Part shown: piece after piece, positions 1 through 12,871 of the stretch | Layout of the letters: every line of letters begins with the position of its first letter | How positions within the stretch are numbered: the stretch's first letter is position 1 | Origin: the human T2T-CHM13v2.0 reference genome, Homo sapiens | DNA: 64,000 nucleotides | Direction: 5' to 3' (one strand) | Assembly: GCF_009914755.1 (NCBI RefSeq) | Contig: NC_060925.1 | The notes under the pieces: generated by a model | Told to the model about the DNA's origin: nothing | The model's input: the letters and a program-made list of their open reading frames with translations, nothing else | Database searches by the model: none | Position numbers and translations under genes: made by a program

Positions 1-1499
1 GGAAAATTATTGGTCTCTGTGTTGGGCTAGAGAAAAAATTTAAATTGTCTATTTTTAAAGTTTATTTCACGTGTTCCAATATTATTTTACTTTTTGTACT
101 AGGTCATGCATGCATTTAGCAGTTATACACTTAAGAGGGTGGGTGATATTTGAATGTTATGAATAGATTTTTTGAGCCTTTTGCCAAGTGCCTTTGTTTT
201 GCATAATATTTTGATAATTGGCATCAAAATAAGTTTATTGTACGTTCATAAAGAATGGCAAGGAAGATTGTAATGTCTTAACTTGAAATTTAGCAAAACT
301 GTTTTTCTTGAATTTCAGTGCAGAAAATCAAGGCAATCCAGATATGAATATGTGTGTTTTTGCGTGTGTGTATGTGTGTGTAAGTGAAGGGGAAATGAAA
401 TACTAAGTTATATGTGAGGAAACAGACATTAAAATAGTCTGTTGTCTAAAAATACACATAGGCAAGATTATACATAATTTTACAAATCCAAGTGAATGGC
501 TGGATTTATACCTAGATTTTCTCACTTCTATGACATACTGATATTACTCCTTGCCCTTCCAAGGCAATAAATGTTGCCTTGATCTACAAGTTATTGTCAT
601 GTGCATGTGAACAGGAGCATGCTCTGTCAAAGAGAATTAACCTTTCCAAAGGTACTACTAGACTTTTTAATCCATACACACACGCACGGATCTATTTATT
701 ATTACAAAAGAAGAAAATATGTTTTTTCCTGCTTTTATAACTGTAAAATGGAATGTTCTTCTTACCTTTAACCTTATGATTGAGCTGTCCATATCAGGTT
801 TTTTTTTCTACTGACTATTTATTGGGACTAGCTCACTTTATTAATTATGCATCCTGATATCTTATAGAATGGATAGTGTATTTCAATATTATTAATTAAG
901 TGGGCCTTTGTTAGATATAAAGCAAGATACCTCCAGTAGGTCCTGTTAGCAGTAAGTTTTATATTGTGGAGGTGAACAAGGTATTTTTGTGTAAATCAGT
1001 TTACTAAATTGTATTATTTTCAAGCTAGATTGTGATGGTAAGGTTAAGTAAGGCAAATGTAGTATTTTAAAATACATGATGAGGTACAGATTAAAAATCA
1101 CTTGCTCAGGATTACATATGTGTGTAGAGTTGCTGATATACTAGGTTCATGGCCATAATTGTTGTACTGTCTGTTAAAGCTTAATTGAAAACTAATTTAG
1201 TCCCACAATGTACTTCTTATTACTTTACTTACAAATAAGTAAATTTAACTGAAAATATAGATGGTGGTTAAGCAACATATGAGAAGAAAGGCATGTTTAT
1301 TCAGGAATCATTGGTAAGATCTATAAAAATACACTTTTAAAAATGTCACACAGAGTGTAATGCCTGCTTTAACTGAGTCACTTATAATGTTCTTCAGGAA
1401 GCATATTAAAAGTTCTTCACTCAGCTCTTACGCTTTCCCTTTCTCATTCTTCCTGCCTCTTGATCTCTTGTTTTTAAAATCTTCCTCCTTATTTTGTAG

Positions 1500-1622
1500 A
1501 CACTGCTCTCCTGTTCACTACTTCTTCTCTGTCTTTACGTCTCATCACTGGGCCTCTCTCAGTGTCTGTTTTCCCAACCTTCATCCCAAATTCCAGCTGT
1601 ATATCTACAACCAGTTGGTCAG
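1500..1622 (+). CDS. CEP350: Candidate alternative (cassette) coding exon of CEP350, 123 nt, phase 2-2, HCSPVHYFFSVFTSHHWASLSVCFPNLHPKFQLYIYNQLV
   Basis: Pyrimidine tract then ttttgtag acceptor (AG 1498-1499); CAG|gtaact donor (GT 1623-1624); length divisible by 3, no stop, same phase as the acceptor of the next exon at 2736. Absent from the canonical protein as I recall it (MDEK|FLTKREQK). Confidence 0.6.
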
Positions 1623-2735
1623 GTAACTTTGCACCTTTTTCAGTGCACTCTTTGATAGAGCATGCTCTGTTCTTTTTGTTTGTTTTGTTTGCTTTTCTCT
1701 CTCTCTCTCTTTTTTTTTAATAGCCTGGAGGCCTCTTATCAAATGTCCCATAAATTTTACCTTTTGTTTCCACATTAATTTGACATGATGATGGCTCAAG
1801 AAGTAGAGTGACAGCTCTTCTTGTGCTTTTTAGTAAGTGTTTGTGCGATACATGTACGCATTTTTCTTGGTTAGCTACCACTATAGATGTAACACTAGTA
1901 ATGTGAGCAGCCCACATTTTATTTAGTTGTGGCATCTACATTTGAAGATGGTTTATTAGTAGCCTCTAAACTAAGTAATTTTTCCTAACTCAGTAATTTC
2001 TCCTAACCCTCTGGGCCTAAGATATCATTGGCTATTTAAGTTCAGAAATCAGGTTAAATTGAGAATTTGATGCATCCCTTTACTCGAGTAAATAAATAGT
2101 TACGTTTATATGCATAAAACATGGACTGTGGTACTCAGTGTTCTCTCCATGAAAAAAAAGATTTACCACTTGACATTGTATCTCTTAGGTAATGAAGAAA
2201 CAAAACTCATTAGACCTGAAACAAAGCCAGGCAGAAATTTAAAATAAAAGTAAAAAAGGGACATGAACATGTTTTTTGTTTGCTTGCTTGTTTTGGGGCT
2301 TTGGGGTTTGTTTTTTATTGTTGTTTTTGGTATTTGTTGTTTCGGGTTTTGTGTGTTTTCTGGTCTGAGCCTTCAGAATACATTCCTTACATCTTCTGTT
2401 ATGGAAAAGAATAACCTACAAAAAATGAATATCTAAATATGAACATTATCAATTATGGTTGTCTAGATATTCTGAAGGTTTTTTTCCTGAATATACTGTT
2501 ATCTTTCCTTTGCTAACTTTACAAACCATTATGAGTAAAACATAAATTCCCTCATTTTCTGAACAAGTTGACTCATGAAAGCTTCTATTATCTCAAGCTT
2601 TTTTCAGAGAGAAGAGTAGTATGAATGTTCTGCTTTTGCACAGCTTGTTGATAAGGTGGTGAGTGATAGAGCTCTCAAAGTGATCTCTGCATATAGGTTT
2701 TTTCTCTCAAACTGTTCTTCATGGTGTGACCATAG

Positions 2736-2935
2736 GTTTCTGACAAAGCGGGAGCAAAAATTAATGCAACGGCGACAACATGCAGAGGAGCTCCTAGAGT
2801 GGAAGCGACGTTTAGATGCAGAAGAAGCAGAAATTCGTCAAATGGAAAAACAAGCTTTGGCTGCCTGGGACAAAGAATTAATAAAACCCAAAACTCCTAA
2901 GAAAGAACTGGAGGACCAGAGAACAGAACAGAAAG
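2736..2935 (+). CDS. CEP350: CEP350 coding exon (FLTKREQKLMQRRQHAEELLEW...EDQRTEQK), coiled coil
   Basis: catag|G acceptor, AAAG|gtaat donor; translation recognised as human CEP350; frame joins exon 6186. Confidence 0.95.
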
Positions 2936-3018
2936 GTAATAAATACTAACTCTGTTCACACTACAAACTAAAGCCTAACATAATTGAAAGATATATTTCA
3001 TTACTTTTAAAAATGCGA

Positions 3019-3300
3019 GGCTGGGCGCAGTGGCTCACGCCTGTAATCCTAACACTTTGGAAGGCCAAGGCCAGAGGATCGCCTGAGGCCAGGAGTTCAA
3101 GACCAGCCTGGATGACATAGCAGACCCTGATTCTACAAAAAATTAAAAAACATTAGCTGGGTGTGGTGGTACATGCCTATAGTCCTAGCTACTGAGGCAA
3201 GAGGCTTGCTTGAGATCAAGGTTACAGAGAGCTATGATCAACCCCACTGTGCTCCAGCCTGGGTGACAGAGTGAGACTCTGTCTCTAAAAATAAAATAAA
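3019..3300 (+). mobile_element. Alu (old, AluJ-like)
   Basis: GGCTGGGCGCAGTGGCTCACGCCTGTAATCC start, A-rich tail. Confidence 0.9.
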
Positions 3301-3388
3301 ATTAAAATGCAAATGATTGAGGTGATGCAAATGATGAGAAAGATGATATAACCACAAATGCTGGAGAAATTAGAAAAAAAAAAATTGT

Positions 3389-3734
<346 letters not shown>

Positions 3735-4197
3735 CTAAATTCTTCTAAAAAATACAACTTACCAAAGCTTACTCAGTAAGATAAGAGAACCCTCCTGATT
3801 CTTTCACCAGTAAAGGAATTGTACCCCAGTAACTAAGCATCTTTTTACATAGACCTCATCCATCTTTACCAGTATACTAGATTAAAGGCGGCAGTTGGGG
3901 GAAAACCTGGTATTATAGTTCTTTACTTTTCCATAGAATAGAAAAAGAGACATTTCTCAACTCATTTTATGAGGCTAGTATATAAGTTTGATGTTATGTC
4001 CATAAAAGGACAGTATCAGAAAAGGAAAGGCCAATCTTACCTATCCTGAATTATGTATTAGCACACCAAGTTCAACTATATATGCAAATCCTAATACTTA
4101 ATGACAGAGTAGGATTAGCACACATTAAAAAGTTGATAATGTGGTGAATTACCTTACCCAGATTAAAGGAGAAAAATTGATCATCTCAATGGATTCA

Positions 4198-4526
<329 letters not shown>

Positions 4527-5109
4527 AAAAAGCATTTGTGATAAAATAAATAAACCTCAGATCATAGTAGCCATAGAAAGGAACTTTCTTTACCTGATAA
4601 AAGGTATTAACAAAAACAAAAAACCAAACCTATAATAGATACCGTACTTAATGATAAAATATAGAAAGTTCTTTTGGATTTGGAGATAAGACAAGGAGGC
4701 TTATTTTTAGCTCTGTTCAGCATTGTGTAGAGGTCCTACACAGTACATTTAAGGCTAGAAAAAGAATTAAAAGCTATAAGGAGTGAGAAGAAGCAAAATT
4801 CTCATTACTTACAGTTAATAAAACTATACACATAGGTAATCCAGAATTTACATGTTAATTATTACAGTTAATAAGTGAGCTTAGCAAGGTTTCTGGTTAT
4901 AAAATTCATATACAAAATTCAATTGCATATCTATACATCAGCAAAAATTGATTAGAAAAATATATTTTTTAAAAAAGATACAAATAGAAACAATATATAA
5001 TAGAAACAAAAAATATGAAGTACTTAGGAATAAATTTAACAAAAAGTGTACAAGATCTTTATATAGAAAAATTTAGAATTTTATTAGGAGACATTAAAGA
5101 AAACCAAAA

Positions 5110-5414
5110 CAGCCTGGGCACAGTGGCTCACACCTATAATCCCAACACTTTGGGAGGCCAAGGCACATACATCACTTGAGCTCAAGAGTTCATGACAAGC
5201 CTGGGCAACATGACCAAACACTGCCTCTACAGAAATATTAGCCGGGCATGGTGGCGCAGGCCTGTAGTCCCAGCTACTTAGGGGGCAGAGGCAGGAGGAT
5301 TGCTTGTTCCTGGGAGGTCGAGGCTGCAGTGACCTGTTCGTGCCACTGCACTCCAGCCTGGGTGACAAAGCAAGACCCTGTCTCAAAAAGTAAAAAAAAA
5401 AAAAAAAAAAAAAA
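5110..5414 (+). mobile_element. Alu (AluJ-like)
   Basis: Alu consensus similarity, poly-A. Confidence 0.9.
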
Positions 5415-5574
5415 GCCAAAATAAATGGAACATTATTCCATATTCACAGATTCAGTGTCATAAGATATTAATTCTCCTTAAACTGATCTGTAGATTCAAG
5501 ACTATTTACATCAGAAACCCAGCAAGGTTTCTTCATAGGAAACCTTTGTCAAGCTCATTAAAAAATTTATATGA

Positions 5575-5868
<294 letters not shown>

Positions 5869-6185
5869 ATTACATGAAAGAACAAGGACCAAAAAGCAAA
5901 GACACTACTAAAGAACCACAAAATGCAGAAACTTACTTTACCATACATCAAGACTTCTAAGGTGTAGTGATTAAAATAATAACATTTGCACAGAGAGAGA
6001 CAAATAGACTGTGAAATAGATAACCCAGAAATAGATCTGTGCATCTGTGGAAGCTATGACTCTCCTGTTTGTGGGAGACAAAAATGCAGTAAGTAATAAT
6101 ATGCTAAAAACAATGTTTATTAGTGTAATTTTCCCATTGACCAAGATTGTATCTTTTTTTTCTTGTTTTCACCTTCTCTGTCTAG

Positions 6186-6397
6186 AAATAGCAAGTGAAG
6201 AGGAATCTCCAGTACCTCTGTACTCTCATCTAAACAGTGAAAGCTCCATTCCAGAAGAATTAGGCAGCCCTGCTGTTGAATATGTACCATCCGAGTCTAT
6301 AGGACAGGAGCAGCCAGGGAGTCCAGATCACAGTATACTTACTGAAGAAATGATTTGTTCACAGGAACTAGAATCTTCTACCTCTCCTAGTAAACAT
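6186..6397 (+). CDS. CEP350: CEP350 coding exon (EIASEEESPVP...STSPSKH)
   Basis: tctag| acceptor, CAT|gtaagt donor, phase consistent. Confidence 0.95.
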
Positions 6398-7614
6398 GTA
6401 AGTTAATGTATATTTATATCTTAAAGATTCTCTAGAAAAAAAACTGAAAGGTATGTTAGCAGTTATATTATTGTAATTAATGACAGTGTTAACTGTCACC
6501 ATACTTGTAACATATAGGATATAACATTTGAATAGAAATAAAGCTTTTCATTTACAAATATATGAATTTTGGCATTAGTGAAGGTTATAAAATCATTTGC
6601 TATCAAGTCTGTGAATATTGAGGGAATAGGAACTTCTAAAGTCTTTATGAAAAACAGTTTGTAGGAACAACACAAGTTCTTTCTGAAATTTGTTTTTTCA
6701 CATAACAAAAACAGTAAGATCTTAAACCACACCAGAGTACCTTTACTGTAACTGAATTAATAACTTATGTATAACTCATAGAATAAAAGTAATGGTTTAG
6801 CCTCTTAAAGGCAGCTCTGAAACAGTTATTGATTTTAAATTAAGATGATGGCCATTATTAAACTAAGATTTTCTACATTGTCCTTAATCGTGTACTTTAT
6901 AGAAAAAAAACTAGCTGGTAAAAACTCAAGATAGAAACTTAACTCTTTTTTTTTTTTAATATAGCAAATAATTAGCATAACAATATTAAATATTTAGTAT
7001 ACTGTGGTATACTAAAGTATACACAGATGTTGTTAAAGCCTCTTTATGTTTAAAAAAAGATCTGCCCAAATTCAGAATGGAATATTCTTTGTTGGAGTCT
7101 TCCATTTTTATTGTGATAGAAAGAATTAATTTTGTTTCCCCATTGAAAAGTCAATCAGGTTCATTTGTGTTACAGCACCTAGAAGATCTAGAAGAAAAAC
7201 ATATTTTATTCATTGAAGAGCCTATTAAATATTATGTTAAAAAATATTTCAATGTCCTTGTGCACATACTTGAAATCAGCATTTTTAGGTTATTAAAGGC
7301 TTTTAATAATTATATTAGTGGTTTCTTATTATATGATAATATTAGACTTATATAGATAATTTACTTATAGCATTATCTTTTATTCCGTAAATTTCTACCT
7401 TCGAGGAATTTACAATCAAACTGCCTTTATACAATCTTAAAAGTTTATTATCTCTTATAAATCAATTAGATTCTACCTAGCATCATTATTGATGAGGCTT
7501 GGAATAGCCACAAACTGGCTATTAAAAATTAGAGCTTTTTTCACAGGAAAATATATCAAGGAAATCAAAACTAGTATGTCTTAAAGTGGTTTTTATAATT
7601 AAAGCTAATATTTA

Positions 7615-7790
7615 TTAAGTGTTTATTTACGAAGTACTTACCAAGTGCCTTACGTGGATTATCTCATTTAACCCTCGCAAGAATCCTATAAAATAGGTAC
7701 TGTTCTAATCCCCAAGCTAGGAAATTTGCCCAAAGTCACAGGGATAGGAAGTGATAGTAGCTAGGAATCAAATCAGGCATCTCACTTCCA
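7615..7790 (-). mobile_element. MIR
   Basis: tctcatttaaccctcgcaagaatcctat...ttgcccaaagtcacag matches the reverse MIR core. Confidence 0.65.
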
Positions 7791-8239
7791 CCTGATGTCA
7801 GGATAGAAATTTTGTCTTTTGTTCTCTTGTGGGCAAACTTCTTACGCTCTGTTTTCTTCTTCCCTTCCTCTCTCCTTTCCGTAAAAGTAGTACATACTGA
7901 GTATTTTTAAAATTAAAAGAATGGAGGGGGGCGGTAAATATTACTGACACAATAATCACTTCTAATTTATTGTAAAACTTTTTTAAACCATGCTCTTTTA
8001 TAATTTTTTTCTATGCCTTCAAAAAAAAATGAGGTCTTATCCTTTATATAATTTGTAACCTTTTTTTAAAAATCAGCTTTCCCAGGTTGAATAATTTGTA
8101 AACTTTTTTCACTTATGTCTTAACAGTTATCTTAAATTCTTTGTAAATGTTATCTTTATATGGCTAGTATGTCAAATTTTAAATAGAATTTTACAATTAT
8201 ATCAAAAAATAGTTTCCATTTGGTTTTCTGTTTGAACAG

Positions 8240-8384
8240 TCACTTCCCAAAAGCTGCACATCTGTGTCAAAGCAGGAGTCTAGCAAAGGAAGTCATAGGA
8301 CTGGAGGACAATGTCACCTGCCTATCAAGTCCCATCAGCACTGTTATAGTTGGTCAGATGAGTCATTATCTATGACACAGTCAG
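8240..8384 (+). CDS. CEP350: CEP350 coding exon (SLPKSCTSVSK...SLSMTQS)
   Basis: aacag| acceptor, TCAG|gtaaga donor, phase consistent. Confidence 0.95.
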
Positions 8385-8525
8385 GTAAGACTAATCATGA
8401 GGAGTTTTTATTTGTGTTGTATTTGAACAGCCTTTACTCTAAAAGGCTTCAAGGAGTTTGTTGACCTTAGGAAGCATATGTAGACAGACAGTGGTGAGTT
8501 TATGTAGGATTGTGAAGAAGATTAA

Positions 8526-8951
<426 letters not shown>

Positions 8952-9236
8952 TGAAAATTGTTATTCTTTGGGTTTTTTTTGGTAATTAATTATGTGTTGT
9001 ACCTTTTTGTTTTCCATGTGTCAGACAATTATAAATCATGGAATTTTCCTACACCCATGTTTACAGCTCTTCTTTCTTCTTTGAGTAACTATATAATATT
9101 TCAAAGAGTAGATGTACCATAATTTATTTAACTGTTTCCCTAGTGATGGCTATTTAGATTTTCTTAAATATTTCACAATTGCAAATAATGCTATAATAAA
9201 CATCTTTATTTAAAGATTTACACACACATATGTATG

Positions 9237-9500
9237 CAGTCATGCATCACTTAACGTCCAGGATATGCTCTGAGAAATGTGTCATTAAGCAATTTCATCA
9301 TTATATGAACTGCGTAGAATGAACTTAGGCAAACCTAGATTGTGTAGCCTTACTGCACTCTCAGGACATATGGTATAGCCTCTTGCTCCTAGGCTGTAAT
9401 ACCTGTACAGTATATTACTATACTGAATGCTATATGCAGTTGTAACACAATGTTAAGTATTTGTATATCTAAACATAGAAAAGGTGTAGTAAAAATATTA
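9237..9500 (+). mobile_element. Tigger3/Golem-family DNA transposon fragment
   Basis: cagtcatgcatcacttaacg...tctgagaaatg...tatctaaacatagaaaagg; homologous to the reverse complement of 44370-44642. Confidence 0.8.
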
Positions 9501-10144
9501 TGACTCACATGTGTATGTGATATCATATATCATTTATGTGTGTGTTTATCATGTATAATAAAAATTCTTTTTGTATATTTCAGTGTGGAATAGATTCTTA
9601 GGAATAGAATCATTGAGTCAGGCCAGTTGAAGAAAGTTGTCTCATATTTCTCTGTGGAAATTTACTAATGTTTTTATATATTTGCTTTTATGTACGTTGG
9701 TGAAAAATTACTTCCAAGAGAATAACATGTCAGTAGACATAAACTTGAATACTTGGAAACATGGGTTCTTATCCTGGATCTCTTACTTACCGGTGACTTT
9801 CTTCAAGTTTCTTTGCCAATACTGGATTATCTTTTTCATTTGTTAGCAATGGAATAATGTTTCAACCATCCTTGCATGAGTTATGCACCAAGGATTAATA
9901 ATAACATTTGTAAGATACTGTTTTATTGGTGACACTTATTTAAGTAAGAATAAATGGTTTTAGAAAAGTAGCTCTGAGGTTTCTAAACTACAGATTCACT
10001 ACCTATTCAAGATGACATTATTTATATTCAGTATTTGTAGAAGTGGTAGATATTAATGTAGTAGAGTTATAATACCTTTACTTAAATGATGGGAGAGTTT
10101 ATCAACCAAGCTAATATAATCAGTGTGTGTCAAATAATCAGAAA

Positions 10145-10337
10145 CTCCCGCCTCAGCCTCCTGAGTAGCTGGGACTACAGGCGCATGCTGCCACACCTGG
10201 CTAATTTTTGTATTTTTGGTAGAGATGGGGTTTTGCCATGCTGCCCAGGGTAGTCTCAAACTCCTGACCTCAAGCAGTCTGCCCACCTTTGCCTACCAAA
10301 ATGCTGGGATTACAGGCACGAACCAGTGCGCCCGGAC
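10145..10337 (-). mobile_element. Partial Alu, antisense
   Basis: Reverse Alu left arm and part of the right arm. Confidence 0.88.
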
Positions 10338-11740
10338 TGCATTTGGTTTCTTTAGTACTTAAAAACATAAACATTTTCCAAGGTCTTTCATCTAAAAACC
10401 CCAGGTTTTTCATCACCTGCTATTAAATCTTCAACCATAGATGGTAAATATATTTTTTATTGAAAATCACTGCTGGCATATACAATTTTTAAAAATATTA
10501 ATTTAAAATAGTTATTTTGGGGGCAAAATTGAAACTAAGCCTGTAAGAGTGTAGTGGTGTACAAAATCTTACCAAAATAATAATAATTTTGGAAGCACAT
10601 AAGTGAATATTGAGCCTTGCCTATGCTAAGGACTCAGTATGATGCCACCACTAATATAAAACAAGCCTAACTTTCCTAGTATGTCTTAACTCAGTGTCAT
10701 AGAAGTGACAGGAACTCAGATTTTATTATTTCTTATTCAGACATTTAGACCACACTATTAAAAAGACTGTAATCTTTTTGCATTTAAATAACTTCCATAA
10801 CTAGCTCTTACACGGTTTAATCTGAAGTAACTGATAAAATCCTGGTTTTTGATGTGATGTTAAGTCTTAAGATTTGTGTATATTATTTCTGTTGTAAGAC
10901 TATTAAATGTCTCACTCAACATTAGTATATGGAAATGACACCATTGTGTGATTGAGGGAGGTGTGAGGAACAGTAATTTCTATCCTATGTAATTTCCATG
11001 TGTAGTGAAATAAGCAGTGTCTTTAAATGATACCTGTTTGTTTTCATAGCATGTGTATGACACATTATAATGAAATATCTTTTTCATGATGTTGCTATGA
11101 GTAGACGTCTTGTGTATGTGAACTGTTGGAGAGAAAAGATTTAACTAGCTTCATTTCAGTTATTTTAAATATTTTGAGAGCTTTCAAAGAGAGATTACAG
11201 CAGAGTCTATTTCTTTATAACTTCTCTCTTTTTAATGTGGTATTAAGCCATCAGGGAATGAATCACAAGCAATTTGAAGTGGTAAAACTCTAGTTTGATT
11301 TTAATATGACTTAAAAACTATTAAATTATGTATTAATAACTAAGGCAAAAGACAGTTAAATATGATTATCTTGTTACCAGAAGTAATTTCTTGCAGAATA
11401 TCCAAATTTCATCAATCTAAAAATTTCTCAACTTCCAGCTGCATGTCTTACCAAGACAGCGTATCTCAAGATTTATTTATAATTTCAAGTAGTACAATTA
11501 GAAAGTGAAAATAAATAGGAGGAACCAAGCCAAAAATAAAGTGTATGTGGCGGGCGGCGGGGAGGGTGGGAATTATAGGGATACATTTTAGTAATAAATC
11601 TTCTTCCGAAGCTCATATTTTAATTATTAGATTGGCTTTATTTAAATGGAATATTACATTACAGCTTTTTATTAGTAGTTACTGAGTTAACATTATTCTT
11701 AAGTCAAAATTATAAATAAAAGATTTTGTATCTCTTTCAG

Positions 11741-11901
11741 AAACTACATCTGACCAGAGTGATATTGAAGGTAGGATCAGAGCTCTGAAGGATGAGTTGC
11801 GGAAAAGAAAATCAGTTGTGAACCAGCTGAAGAAGGAACAGAAAAAAAGGCAAAAGGAAAGACTGAAAGCCCAAGAAGCCAGTCTGATCAAGCAGTTAGA
11901 G
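11741..11901 (+). CDS. CEP350: CEP350 coding exon (ETTSDQSDIEGRIRALKDEL...LIKQLE), coiled coil
   Basis: tctctttcag| acceptor, GAG|gttaga donor, phase consistent. Confidence 0.95.
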
Positions 11902-12085
11902 GTTAGACATAGGAAGAAGGGGGTTTAGTATCAAGGCTAATGTGTATGTGACGTCTAAAATGTTTTTAATGTTGTTAATAAAGTAATGGATTAGGATTCT
12001 TCATTATTAGTGTGGTGCCACATTTTATTCTCTTAAAAAAAATCTGAGGGTATCCAAGGACATTCTTGCTTAAAACATTAAATTT

Positions 12086-12386
12086 TATTTTATTTATTTA
12101 TTTTTGAGATGGAATCTCGCTCTGTCGCCTAGGCTGGAGTGCAGTGGCGCGATCTCTGCTCACTGCAAGATCCGCCCCCTGGGTTCACGCCATTCTCCTG
12201 CCTCAGCCCCCTGAGTAGCTGGGACTACAGGCGTCCGCCACTACGCCCGGCTAATTTTTTGTATATTTAGTAGAGACAGTGTTTCACTGTGTTAGCGAGG
12301 ATGGTCTCGATCTCCTGACCTCGTGATCCCCCTGCCTCGGCCTCCCAAAGTGCTAGGATTACAGGTGTGAGCCACTGCGCCCAGCC
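12086..12386 (-). mobile_element. AluY-like, antisense
   Basis: Reverse Alu with ttcacgccattctc diagnostic; TSD aaaacattaaatttt. Confidence 0.9.
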
Positions 12387-12439
12387 AAAACATTAAATTT
12401 TAAATTTAAATATTAAAATAACAAGTATTAAATATTAAA

Positions 12440-12606
12440 ATTGGCTACATATAGTGGTGTGTTCCTGAAGTCCCAGATACTCAGGAGGCTGAGGCAGAAT
12501 TGCTTGAAGCCAGGAGTTTGAGGCTGTAGTGCACCATGATTGCACCTGTGAATAGCCACTGCATTCCAGCCTGGGCAACATAGCAAGACCTCCACCTCTA
12601 AAAAAT
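12440..12606 (+). mobile_element. Alu monomer (FLAM/FRAM-like)
   Basis: ggaggctgaggcaga...cactgcattccagcctgggcaac, A tail. Confidence 0.75.
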
Positions 12607-12741
12607 AAATATTAAAATAAAGTATTAGATTTTTTTTTTCTAAATAAGAAAGATTAGGCCTTTGAAAGAAAGATTGGTGTCTATACCCTTGTAAGCAGAG
12701 AAGTATTAGATAAATAATTTTAGCTTTTGGAATTGTTGCTG

Positions 12742-12871
12742 CTTCCCTTCCCCCTTTCCTCTTTCCTCTTCCTTCCCTCTTCCCTGTCCCCTTTTTTTCT
12801 CCTTTTCTTTCCTCCTTCCCCTTCCCCTTTCCCCTTTCCCTTTCCCTTCCCCTTTCCCCTTCCCTTCCCTT
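12742..12871 (+). repeat. Polypyrimidine low-complexity repeat, (CCCTTT/CCCTTC)n-like
   Basis: ~130 nt almost exclusively C/T. Confidence 0.9.

Noticed and set aside
915-951. Possible small exon ttag|...GCA|gtaagt with an in-frame stop
   Set aside because: The acceptor pyrimidine tract is weak, and such pseudo-exons are common by chance.
1360-1499. ATG-initiated 88-aa ORF upstream of the cassette exon
   Set aside because: Its N-terminal half is the pyrimidine tract translated. Only 1500-1622 has splice signals, and there is no promoter evidence.
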